Shown here: positions 13,855 to 24,817 of the stretch, piece by piece | Layout: every line of letters starts with the position of its first letter | How positions within the stretch are numbered: position 1 is the stretch's first letter | Assembly: GCF_001194135.2 (NCBI RefSeq) | Contig: NC_068984.1 | Coordinates: forward strand, 105,305,650-105,369,649 | DNA from: Octopus bimaculoides | Lineage: Eukaryota | Direction: 5' to 3' | DNA: 64,000 nucleotides | Notes under the pieces: generated by a model | The model's database searches: none | The model's input: the letters and a program-made list of their open reading frames with translations, nothing else | Told to the model about the DNA's origin: nothing | Position numbers and translations under genes: made by a program

Positions 13855-14055
13855 GGTGGCAAGCTGGCAGAATAGTTAGCACGCCGGGCAACGGCATTTC
13901 GTTCTGAGTTCAAATTACGCTGACATCGATCTTTGCCTTTCATCCATTCGGGATCGATAAAATAAGTACCAGTTGAGCACTGGAGCCGATGTAATCGACT
14001 TACCCACTCCCCCACCCCGAAATGACTGGATTTGCACCAAAATTTGAAAGCAATA
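13855..14055 (+). mobile_element. Second SINE family (GGCAAGCTGGCAGAAT...CTTTGCCTTTCATCC...AAGTACCAG)
   Basis: Multiple diverged copies at 4020-4620, 6360-6770, 9130-9240, 17410-17560 and 30620-31170. Confidence 0.65.
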
Positions 14056-15356
14056 TATTATCTATTTCAGTTTGTGAAGGATGTTTGAAGTACAAATGTT
14101 AATTTGTTTATAGCAACAAGAATCACCCATTCGAATAAACAAGGACACCGCTAGTAGTTAAATAAGGGCATTCCTACAGATTAGTACCCCACTAATTTAG
14201 TTTCTTCATAATTCCTTGAAAAATGCTTAGTTTTTAATAAAAGTTTGCAGATATGTATTTTAGATGAAGATTACAATTATATTCAGATCGTTCTTAAGCG
14301 CAAATCGCCACGACCAACAGTTTCCGTCACAAAAGCATTTATTTATTTTTTTTTCAGACTTATAAGTTTGAAACATCAAAACATCAACATAACGTAATAT
14401 ACACTCACCGAAAATATTTCTGCAAAATGTCATTTAAAAATATTCATTTTACAGAAAACTATGAGAAAACAAAATCGGAAAGTGTGAAACTGATCCGAAA
14501 CTTCCTTTTACAAAAAATTTCAATATTGTCAACATAATTGTAATCCTTACTCTGGAAAATGTATCTCTATAAAGTTTCATTTTAAAATATACATTTTTCA
14601 GAAGGTTATGAGGAAACAGATTCAGTGAAATCTCAAACTGTAGTTATACCTATTAGAAAATGTTTCTATACCTCGAAGCCCTCTAAGTATTATCACAGAT
14701 TTATATAAAGAATGTACTTGACAGAGTGAAAACAACGATTTATTATTTGAAAAGTATCACAAAAAGTAAGATTATGTATGAGGAATTAGTAAAACTTAAT
14801 GTTAGATGTAAACAAAAACAGAGGAAATGAAACTGAAATACATAAATAAAGGATTTCTATGGCAATATTCCACACAACGCAGTCAGGAAGCGCTGACTAT
14901 TAAGTGGTGTATAAATAATTATGTTAAAAGACTACTGAAGCTGTAAGAACAGTAGAGACAAATGTAAATACTTTTATAGTCATGGCAGTTAGTAATTACA
15001 TATATATAAATATATGATTTATTGCCATGTAGGTATATATATTGTCCTAAATGGATTTCCACATCTGGGTAGCATGAGGTGACCCCACCCCCACTAAATA
15101 TGTCATTTCTGACATTTTTGTGGGAAAAGTTCGTCTGCCAAAATTTGTTTCTATTTACTTCCTGGAGTGACACACGATCAGTAAATTAACTACAATAATT
15201 TCAGGTTCAGTGAGATCATAATTGCTCAACAAAGTGTGACGTCTCGCCAAAATGAATTGTTTTTTTGTTTTTTTTTTACCCAACTCATGTGAATCGTGTT
15301 TACATATCCAGTAGATTTATTTATATATTTTTGATTTCCTACATAATCATACTCAC

Positions 15357-15482
15357 AGCATTATATAATCTGTAGATTTTCATTCCGTGTGATTCAGTAA
15401 AAAATTCCCATTCTTCTAATTTCGGTTCGTCTAATTCCTCACAAGCTGCCGTAAATTCCGAATCTTCAAACAATGCCGCCAT
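15357..15482 (-). CDS. PCTP: Phosphatidylcholine transfer protein (START domain), coding exon 1
   Basis: Translates MAALFEDSEFTAACEELDEPKLEEWEFFTESHGMKIYRLYNA (42 codons), resembling the PCTP N-terminus (F..AC.EL..P...W....E..G..IYRL). Followed by a GTGAGT donor, phase 0. CpG-rich context. Not in the ORF track. Confidence 0.92.
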
Positions 15483-17559
15483 TTTATGATTAAAGATTAA
15501 TAAACACTATTTTTTTCCTGTTTTTATACCATAAAAATATCTAAAAAAGAAGATCGATATTCTGTTTAAAGGTTACAGGTGAAGAAATTAGCTGTCACGC
15601 TGTCAGTAACTTTCACTATCTCGGGTTTCGGTTCAATCCTAGCGCGGCCCCTTCACACACTTCCGCTCTCCAATGTCCGCTCCTCGTCCACTGACGACCG
15701 ATAATGATTATTCATAATAATTCTTCTTTGAAAGTATATAAAAATAAAACAATCTCCGAACCTTTTATTACATTACTCATGTTATATGGTTTCTTATTAA
15801 ATTAATATGTTGCTTAGCGTTTGTGATCAATGTGTTTACCAGACATAAACCCACTGTTCGCATAAGATAGTGTAGGAAAATAGAAAAACCATTTCAGTGA
15901 CATTTCACGTTTTATTGATCAATGAACCTGGAATTGCTATTGTATACGTAATTTTTTTTATTTTAATTATCTATCGTGTGATACTTGGGAAAGTAAATAA
16001 AACTATTTGGTATCCCATCTTCGACTTTGATTCCTTGTAACTTCCCGAAAAAAAAAAAGCATATTTTTTAAATGAAATTGTGGAGAGACGACTTTTTCGA
16101 ATGTATATGCTACAATTACGTCGATAAAATCAAGATATTTATGCAAAAACGTCATCTAAAAACGCGTACTTTAAAAAGAGTTATGAGGTGACAATGTCAA
16201 AAGAGGAAGAATGATATGAAACTTAAAATTTGTTTTCGTAATATTGTCAACATAACTGTAATCTACACCCTCGAAATCGTGTCTGTAAGATTTAAATACA
16301 AGAATTATTCATTTTACAGAAAGTTATGAATAAACAAAGTGTTGGGGTACCAAACTGTACGTATGCCATTGTTTATATTATTTCTCTTCATCATGTGATG
16401 CATTTCATTTACTGCTTTTCTTTATATCTCTTAGCTTCACACTTCTACCTTATTTATTTATCGAAGATCGCCTATTTATCTATTTTTAAAGTCTTCACTT
16501 TATCTTTTTATTAAATAATTCTTTAATAACATTTCTATGAATCCTTATTAATGTATGCCTTTGAAGGCCTTAAGCATCATCGATTTCTTTAGCGCTTTCA
16601 CATATTTAGTACATGGTGCATAAAAATGTCCCGTTTTATGTAATTATTTGAAGGTTGTTTCTTTGGAGTAATCAAAAATATATTTTTGTTTTACCTAATT
16701 GCTCACAATTTATATTAGTTTCTTTTTTAAATGTTATCCTTTATAAACAGGTTTAATTGAATGCATTTTACTAAACAGTAATACATTAATTTGAAAACCT
16801 GCTTATGATATAGATTATTTATGAATAACTAACTAGATAATTAGATTCTAAAGCATATATTCGATTGTTGAATAGGAGTGATGGACAACACTGGTTTGAT
16901 GCATTCAATCAGAGTATAAAAATATTGGGAATAAACCTGGAGTAGCATGTTTGTTTGATATTAGTGTGACAGATTTTTAAAATCTATAAATCCAATAGCC
17001 ATGTTCATATCAAGGCACAGAAATATAACCTGGAAAAAAAAAGAGAGGCCTTTCTTCTTGTCATTAATCAGTATTTACAGACCTAGCTACCTAATGACTA
17101 TTGATATCACTAATAGCGGCTGTGACGACAGATTACCGTCGTTTCAGGCTGAGGATTAAGTTGCTCGATCAACTTGAATTACTTGCTCCTGAATGTGCGT
17201 ACACAGACATGTGCACTCTTAACGTCTCAGGGAGAATCAACGTGTATCACAAGTACAACCCAGCTGACGAGCTTCTAAAATGTTTCAGTCACGAGATATG
17301 AGTCGACCTGAAGCTATGCCCAAGAAGCTATGCTGTGAGACGGAAGCTGGGACCTTGTGGTTGCAAAGTGAACTTGTTAGCCTTTTGTTTATTAACGTTA
17401 ATATGACGGTTTCTAATTTAAGCACAAGGCCAGCAATTTTGAAGAGAAGGGGTTAGTTTGATACCATCGGTTCCAGTAATTGACTGGTACCGTATTAACT
17501 CCGGGGGTGAGGCTGGGCAAAGTTAAAGTTGACCTCGGCAGGATTTGAACTCGGAACGT

Positions 17560-19072
17560 AAATAATCGGAATAAATTATTGAAATGATTTTCCTGCCACC
17601 CAAACGGAGTGGCAACGGCTAGAAGTAGGTATTGCAGCCGGATGCACGATATCAGTCATCTTATTCGTGCTAGTCATGGAGATGTTACTAAGATCAACAA
17701 ACTGTGAGAAAGCTGCTATAAAGATACCATTAAGGGCATTTATGGACGACGTCACTCTACTATCGGAAAGTAGAGAAGCAGCAGAGGGAACGTTAGCGCG
17801 GTTGGATGAACTGATAGGATGGGCAAGAATGAAATTCAAAGCCAAAAAATCTCGAAGCGTGGCTTTCGTGAAAGGAGTGCAAGAAGTGAAATTCAGGATA
17901 GGAGATGAAGACATACCAAAGGTGAAAGAACAACCAGTAAAGAGTCTCGGCAGATGGTATAGAGACTTATTAAATGATAAGAAGCAAGGGAAAGAGACAC
18001 ACAAGTTAGTAGAACAAGGATTAAAGGCAATTGACCGAACAACACTGCTGGGAAAATTCAAATGTTGGATACTGCAATTTTGACTGTACCCAAGGATAAT
18101 GTGGCCATTGCAAATGTACGAAATAGCCTTGAGTAGAGTAGAAAGGATAGAACAAAGATGCAGTGTGTTTATCAGAAAATGGCTTGGTCTGCCGAAACCA
18201 CTGAATACAACTGCACTATATGGAAAACCCGTGCTGCAACTACCAATAACATCGATCACCGAAGAATATAAAGCAGGAAAGGTGAGGACAGTAATGATCC
18301 GAGAAAACCCTCCAAAGGTATGAACAGGGAGGAAATGGAATGCGGAAGAGGCAGTAAACAGGGCGATCAGAATACTAAAACATGCCGATATAGTTGGAGC
18401 AACGCAAGAAGCAAGAGCCGGCCTAGGGACGAGCAGTTTCAGGCTATTTTGCAAGAGCAGTATAAAAGAGATGAAAGAGGCAGTGGTACACGAAGTGAGA
18501 AAGGAGGAAGAAGAAAGGCGGAATGTACATTTGGTACAATGTAGTCAACAGGGGCAGTGCCTGAGATGGGAGGAAAACGTGGTCAGTCGCAGAATCTCAT
18601 GGAAGGAACTTTGGGCTTGGGAACAAGCAAGAACAGCCTTCCTGATCAAGTCTACCTTCGACGTTCTACCCTCACTGGCGAACTTAGTCCGATGGAACAT
18701 AAAAACAACCGATGAATGTGGATACGGTGAGACACGTTCTGTCAAGCTGCAGACTAGCACTAGAAAGGTATACATGGCGCCATAATCAAGTCCTCGGCGT
18801 CATAAGCGCAGCACTCAAGGAGAAGATCGAGGGATACAATTGGGAAGAGTACCCCAAAGTGGAAAAACGCAGGAAAATATACTTCCAGAAGGAGGGAAAA
18901 GGACATAAGATCAGGCCTCCAAATAAAATATACGAGATAGACGAAAGATGGATGGGATACTGGGAGCTGGCCACGGATTTGGGAAGTCTAGCAATTTTTC
19001 CACTTATAAAAACAACAAAAAGACCAGACTTAGTCATATGGAACACAGAACGGAGAATAGGAATCTTGCTAG
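17560..19072 (+). mobile_element. HERO-like (R2/NeSL superfamily, restriction-like endonuclease) non-LTR retrotransposon, 5'-truncated and disrupted
   Basis: RT motifs GIAAGCTIS and AFMDD; GRKW.AEEAV...H.DIVG..Q..RAGLG block; HVLSSC zinc-knuckle remnant; RYTWRHNQVL; RPDLVIW endonuclease start. One stop at about 18081, frameshifts and deletions. Runs into the N gap at 19073-19765. Confidence 0.85.
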
Positions 19073-19778
19073 NNNNNNNNNNNNNNNNNNNNNNNNNNNN
19101 NNNNNNNNNNNNNNNNNNNNNNNNNNNNNNNNNNNNNNNNNNNNNNNNNNNNNNNNNNNNNNNNNNNNNNNNNNNNNNNNNNNNNNNNNNNNNNNNNNNN
19201 NNNNNNNNNNNNNNNNNNNNNNNNNNNNNNNNNNNNNNNNNNNNNNNNNNNNNNNNNNNNNNNNNNNNNNNNNNNNNNNNNNNNNNNNNNNNNNNNNNNN
19301 NNNNNNNNNNNNNNNNNNNNNNNNNNNNNNNNNNNNNNNNNNNNNNNNNNNNNNNNNNNNNNNNNNNNNNNNNNNNNNNNNNNNNNNNNNNNNNNNNNNN
19401 NNNNNNNNNNNNNNNNNNNNNNNNNNNNNNNNNNNNNNNNNNNNNNNNNNNNNNNNNNNNNNNNNNNNNNNNNNNNNNNNNNNNNNNNNNNNNNNNNNNN
19501 NNNNNNNNNNNNNNNNNNNNNNNNNNNNNNNNNNNNNNNNNNNNNNNNNNNNNNNNNNNNNNNNNNNNNNNNNNNNNNNNNNNNNNNNNNNNNNNNNNNN
19601 NNNNNNNNNNNNNNNNNNNNNNNNNNNNNNNNNNNNNNNNNNNNNNNNNNNNNNNNNNNNNNNNNNNNNNNNNNNNNNNNNNNNNNNNNNNNNNNNNNNN
19701 NNNNNNNNNNNNNNNNNNNNNNNNNNNNNNNNNNNNNNNNNNNNNNNNNNNNNNNNNNNNNNNNNGGGGGGGGGCCCG

Positions 19779-19841
19779 CCACGTCAAAACGGTAGAGGAG
19801 TAGGGGCCGAAACCGGACGTGGTTCCTCCTGATGATGTCTT
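19779..19841 (+). ncRNA. Candidate non-circularly permuted hammerhead ribozyme (probable HERO 3' region)
   Basis: Core strands CUGAUGA (19829-19835), GAAA (19809-19812) and GUA (19792-19794). Stem I GAGGAG/UUCCUC; stem III CGGU/ACCG extended by CCACGUC/GACGUGG; imperfect stem II. Confidence 0.6.
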
Positions 19842-20169
19842 GAGCTAACTGGATCCTACAAAGGAGCTGTTGTGGTAGCAGACCACGAAACATGGTTGAA
19901 ATTCCTAATATGATATTACTTAAAGCTTTCAACTAATGAAGAATTCGAGTTGTTTTGCAACAAAATATTTACAATTAGATTGCAGCAGTGATTTTAAAAC
20001 GTACTCCTGTGTACGTCCGTGTTGTTATTTTTTTTATAGTAATAGACTTTCATAAACTTTCAATAATATGCATTTACAAATAATAACTAACCGTTTTACA
20101 AAATTTAATTAGAAAATTGGACAAAACAGAGAACACAATTGAAAAAATTAAAAAGAAAAAAAACCAAAG

Positions 20170-21420
20170 CAATTCATCACCTTGCAGGCACTGGGAAACC
20201 TTTCTAATGGCTATTGATGCACACCAGCACGCTTGCAGCGTTGCTGTGGGTGATGGCAAGGCTGATGCACTGGAACAGCCAAGCACCCTCACGAGCCTCA
20301 CCAGTTGCTTCTGCAAGGCGAGTTGCCAGTGAAAACAGGAATCTTGCGGTTAGTGGTCTGACCCCCACCAAACGTCTCGAACACCACAGGATGGAAAATG
20401 TAGTTGGCCAAGAGATCGTGGTATTTCAGGATTTTGTTCCATTCGGCCACAGAAGCTGTGGATCTCACCCTGACCGCAGCATTTAGGATGTGAGAAGAAG
20501 TGAAGGAGTTGCTAACTGTGACATCCCAGACAAGGCCTTGCGACTGGATGGTTCCAAGATGGAGGGGATGTTTGCCTGGGCCAAGCTCCTCTTGAGTATC
20601 AGGTTCCACCTCAGGAGTCCAACAGGGTGACCCACTCAGACCTGCTCTGTTCGCACTAGGCATTGATGACATCACCAAGATGGGGGTTGAGCTAGACCTT
20701 AACATCTGGTATCTCAATGATGCTTGTTTGGGAGGGACCTCCAGACAGGGTTTTTGCCATTGCAAACATGATGGTTGGGGAGCTTGGTCACCAGGGTCTC
20801 CAAGTAAACAGCCCAAAATGTGCGTTCTGAATCCTCAACCACCTGGCTTCTCAACATCAACCAACTATTGACTTTTTTGCAGAGTCCTTCCCTTCCATTG
20901 TGGTCCTTCCCCCATCAGCTTGATGCTCCCTAGGAGCCCCAATCACTGACCTTGCCTTTGAGTCCATCTTCCAGTTGAGGGTGCCTGCCCTTGAGCAAAT
21001 GCTGAAAAATATTGAAGCTATCGAACCCCATCAAGGCTTTTTCAAAACTAAGAATTACCTCTCGATCCCCAAGCTTCCGTATTTACTCAGAGCCAGCTCA
21101 TCTTACTGATTCCCATCATGCCTCCAATGCTCCGACAACCTAATCTTTGAGAGACTCAAATGCTTAGTTAATGTCAGACTCTCTCCAACATCCCGCAATC
21201 AGGCTGCATTGCCCAAGCGATTTGGAGGTCTTATTCTTTGTAAGTGTTTGTCCCTCTCTCTCCTGCTTCCTTTCCTCCACCCACACCTGCTCCACCCTGG
21301 TGAGCAACATCCTCTCCTCTCCAACATGGACCAGTTCCAACAGGGAGTTGGATGAAGTTCTCCAACACTGGAAAGAATTGGGCCTGTCTGTAGGTGCTAA
21401 ATCTGGCAAATAGGGCAGGT
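20170..21420. mobile_element. CRE-clade non-LTR retrotransposon remnant with internal inversion
   Basis: Minus strand, about 20580 to 20204: endonuclease C-terminus LVWDVT...AE..K..KY..L...F.P..FET.G...LAEATGEARE..WLFQ..SLAI...NAASVL*. Plus strand, about 20600-21420: RT GVQQGDPL..ALF....WYLND and QAALPKRFGGL. Confidence 0.8.
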
Positions 21421-21446
21421 GTGAAAGTTATTTTTTACTAAACATA

Positions 21447-21480
21447 ACTAGTCCAGGAACTTTTTGATACCACCTTGTAT
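21447..21480. mobile_element. Solo mariner terminal inverted repeat fragment
   Basis: CTAGTCCAGGAACTTTTTGATACCACCT matches the right TIR of the element at 59756-60405. Confidence 0.6.
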
Positions 21481-21492
21481 GTGTATATATTT

Positions 21493-24400
21493 TGTTACAG
21501 GTTAGACAATGGAGTCAACAAATAACAACAAGCCCATATAATTCAATTATGTATTGAGAAAGAAATATTGCAGTGCCGATGGACTGGCTCCTGTGCAGGT
21601 GGCACGTAAAATACACCATTTCAAGCGTGGCCGTCGCCAGTACTGCTGGACTGGCCCTCGTGCTAGTGGCACGTAAAAGCACCCACTACACTCTCGGAGT
21701 GGTTGGTGTTAGGAAGGGCATCCATCTGTAGAAACTCTGCCAGATCAGATTGGAGCCTGGTGTCGCCTCCTGGTCCACCAGTCCTCAGTCAAATCGTCCA
21801 ACCCATGCTAGCATGGAAAGTGGACATTAAACAACGACGACGATGATGATGATGAAAGACAGCACAAAGCTGTTATAATATATTTCAGTCCAAGACACAA
21901 AGCTGTAACAAAATAGAGTTCAAAGCACAGAGCTGTTACAAATAGATTTGAGTTAGTCAGTCCTGGAGATACAAAGTTGCAGATTTCCTTGGCATGTTCC
22001 AAATTCTCGATATGCTGGTCAAAACAAAAAGGAGGTTGCTCTTTTTATCTTCTTGTGTTGTTGTTTACTGTTTTGGTCGTATTTGCAGCAGTAAGTCAAA
22101 GAGAAAGATAGAGTAACAATGAATAGAGGAGGAAGACAGAATGATGGTATCATTCTGCCTGTCCTTTTAGCAGCAGCAAAGAAAGACAAAATGACATTTG
22201 CCCTTGAAATGTGAGTCAGCGAAAGCTGTATAATAATCGTCTTCTTTTCACCAACTAACTTGTCCTTGCAGGATCTTAGTATTTATAATTGTCACAGAAC
22301 AGCAAGAAAGAGAGACTTATTTCCGAGAACAATGGGGAAATCTGCTGTAGGTAATTCTTATATATTTTCAGCTTTTGGTAGCATAGAAGAGGTCAAAAGG
22401 GTTAAGTGGAAAAGACATAAATTGACTTGGCAAGGCCATGAGATCAATGTAACTGGTGTCAAGCATTGTTTCTCTGTGAGAAACTGCTGTTGTAATTTAA
22501 AGGAGAAGTCTATAGATTCATTTTTGAATCTATATGTCCAAATGAAATCCACTCGTAACACTCCCACCCCCTTAGGGAAAAGAAAGTTTCAGAGAAGATT
22601 TCTGTAACAATAACAATGATAATACAATTAACCAATCCCCAACTGGTGCATAACTTGTTGAAACGCCTTAGACATGAAATTTGAGCCCTGATCAAATTGA
22701 ACAACATCTGGCAAACCAACTAAGGTAAAAAAAAACTTGATCAAAGCCATGGCAGTCTTACAAAGAGGAATAGCTTTAGGAAATCTGGTAGAAGCTCACA
22801 TGATGGTGAGAAGATACTGATAACCAACTTAGTCTTAGATAACAGACCAACACAACCAAAGATAACCAGACTGAAAGGTTTTCCAACAATTTGGCATGTA
22901 TGACAGGCTTTACAAAATTCAGCCACATCTTGTCTCAAACTAGGCCAAAAGAAATGTGCCAAAATTTTTGCACAAGTTTTATTTATACCTAAATGACCTG
23001 AATAAGACTTTCATGTGCCAATGAAAGTACATGACTTCGTAATAATTTTGGTACCACAGTTTGATAGTACACTTTCAAATCATCCCCCACAGGAATGTCC
23101 GGTGGCCTATATTTCCTCATCATAACACTATCCCTAAAGTAGTAACAAACTGGAACCTTGCTAACCTCCTCAAAAGAAACAGCCTTATTAGCTAACTTCT
23201 GCAACTGAGCATCCTCACCCTGTGTACTAATAAGTTGCTCTCTAGAAAGAATGTGGTCACCACCTGACCCACCATCAGACCAATCTCGAGATCAGAATGA
23301 ACACTCTGTTTGAAATCCTCCATCAAAACTAGCTGCCTCAAACTATCAAAATCTGTGAGTGCCTTAGAACTACACCACTTATCAAACAAAGTTTCCTTCT
23401 CCCTAGCAAACTCTACAAAAGTCTTGTTGTCCCTTTCATGAACATTCCTCAATTTTTGCCAATAAGCCTCAGGCACTAACTCATAAGCTTTTAGAAGAGT
23501 CCTCTTAACCAGATCATAATCAGAACTTTGCTCTACAGATAAGGACGAAACTGTGTCCTGAGCCTTACCTTTCAGCACAGTGTGCAGTAGCATAGTCCAT
23601 GACTCCTTAGGCTACTTGAGGTTTTCAGCAACATTTTCAAAATGCAGAAAATACTTGTCCATCTCTTTTTCATTGAAATGGGGAACTAGTCTGGCATGTC
23701 TCGCAACTTTGAAAGAGGAAAGGTGTTAGGAAGGAAAAGAAGTTTTTTAGCTTTTTAAGCTCAATTTCCCTTTCAATTTCAAGCTTTTTAAGCTCAAATA
23801 TTCTAAATTCCATTTCATTTTCAATTTCCAATATTTTCAATTGTAATTGAAGCTCAAGCCTTTTTATTTCCAAATAGCCTGAAGGTTCTTCCTTTACTAT
23901 TTCCAAAATATCGTGTCCCAAAACTCCTTCGTTGATGAAGTGATTCAAAATGATTTTCAAAATGTCTCTAATGAATTCGGACACTGGATGAGCTCCAATT
24001 TTGTTACGGGTTAGACAATGGAAGCAACAAATAACAACAAGCCCATATAATTCAATTATGTATTGAGATAGAAATATTGCAAAACTTACATGAAAGACAG
24101 CATGAAGCTGTGATAATATATTTCAGTCCAAGGCACAAAACCATCACAAAATATTAGAGTTCAAAGCACAGATGTTACAAACAGATTTGAGTTAGTCAGT
24201 CCTTGTTGATTGAAAATCCAGTGTTGGAGATACGAAGTTGCAGATTTCCTTGGCATGCTCCAAATTCTTGATATGCTGGTCAAAACAAAAGGGAGGTCAC
24301 TGTTTTTATCTTTTTGTGTTGTTATTTACTGTTTTGGTCACGTTTGCAGCAAGTCAAAGAGAAAGATAGAGTAACAACGAATAGAAGAGGAAGACAGAAT

Positions 24401-24817
24401 GATGGTATCATTCTGCCTGTCATTTTAGCAGTAGTGGAGAAAGACAAAATGACATTTGCCATTGAAATGTGAGCCAGCGAAAGCTGTATAATAATCGTCT
24501 TCTTTTCACCAACTAGTCCTTGCAGGATCTTAGTATTTATAATTGTCACAGAACAGCAAGAAAGAGAGAGACATATCTCTGAGGATATTGGGGGAAAACT
24601 GCTGTAGGTAATTCTTATCTATTTTCAGCTTTTGGTGGCATAGAAGAGGTCAAAAAGGTTAAGTGGAAAAGACATAAATTGACTTGGCAAGGCTATGTGA
24701 TCAATGTAACTGGTGTCAAGCATTGTTTCTCAGTGAGAAAATGCCATTGTAATTTAAAGGGGAAGTCTATAGATTCAGTTTCGAATCTATATGCCCAAAT
24801 GAAATCCACTCGTAACT
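21493..24817 (-). mobile_element. Gmr1-like Ty3/Gypsy LTR retrotransposon, internally deleted, both LTRs present
   Basis: Direct repeats at 21493-22560 and 24002-24817 with TGTTAC...GTAAC(A) ends. Degraded PBS (AATTGGAGCTCATCC) and PPT (AAGGGGGTGGGAG) on the minus strand. SCAN-related gag (LKGKAQ...DYDLVK..LLKAYELVPEAY.QK.R) followed directly by the integrase zinc finger (AHE..H..FFWPSLRQDVAEFCKACHTCQ). No RT left. Confidence 0.85.
21573..21853 (+). mobile_element. 5'-truncated RTE-type LINE 3' UTR inserted into the left LTR
   Basis: Same sequence family as the tail of 46190-46830, with a (GAT)n tail. Absent from the partner LTR. Confidence 0.75.

Noticed and set aside
15600-15660. GGTTCAATCC B-box-like word upstream of PCTP
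   Set aside because: No cloverleaf or clear A-box; at most a decayed SINE head, not a tRNA gene.
17576-18454. 292-aa minus-strand ORF
   Set aside because: It is the antisense shadow of the HERO-like RT; no independent protein features.
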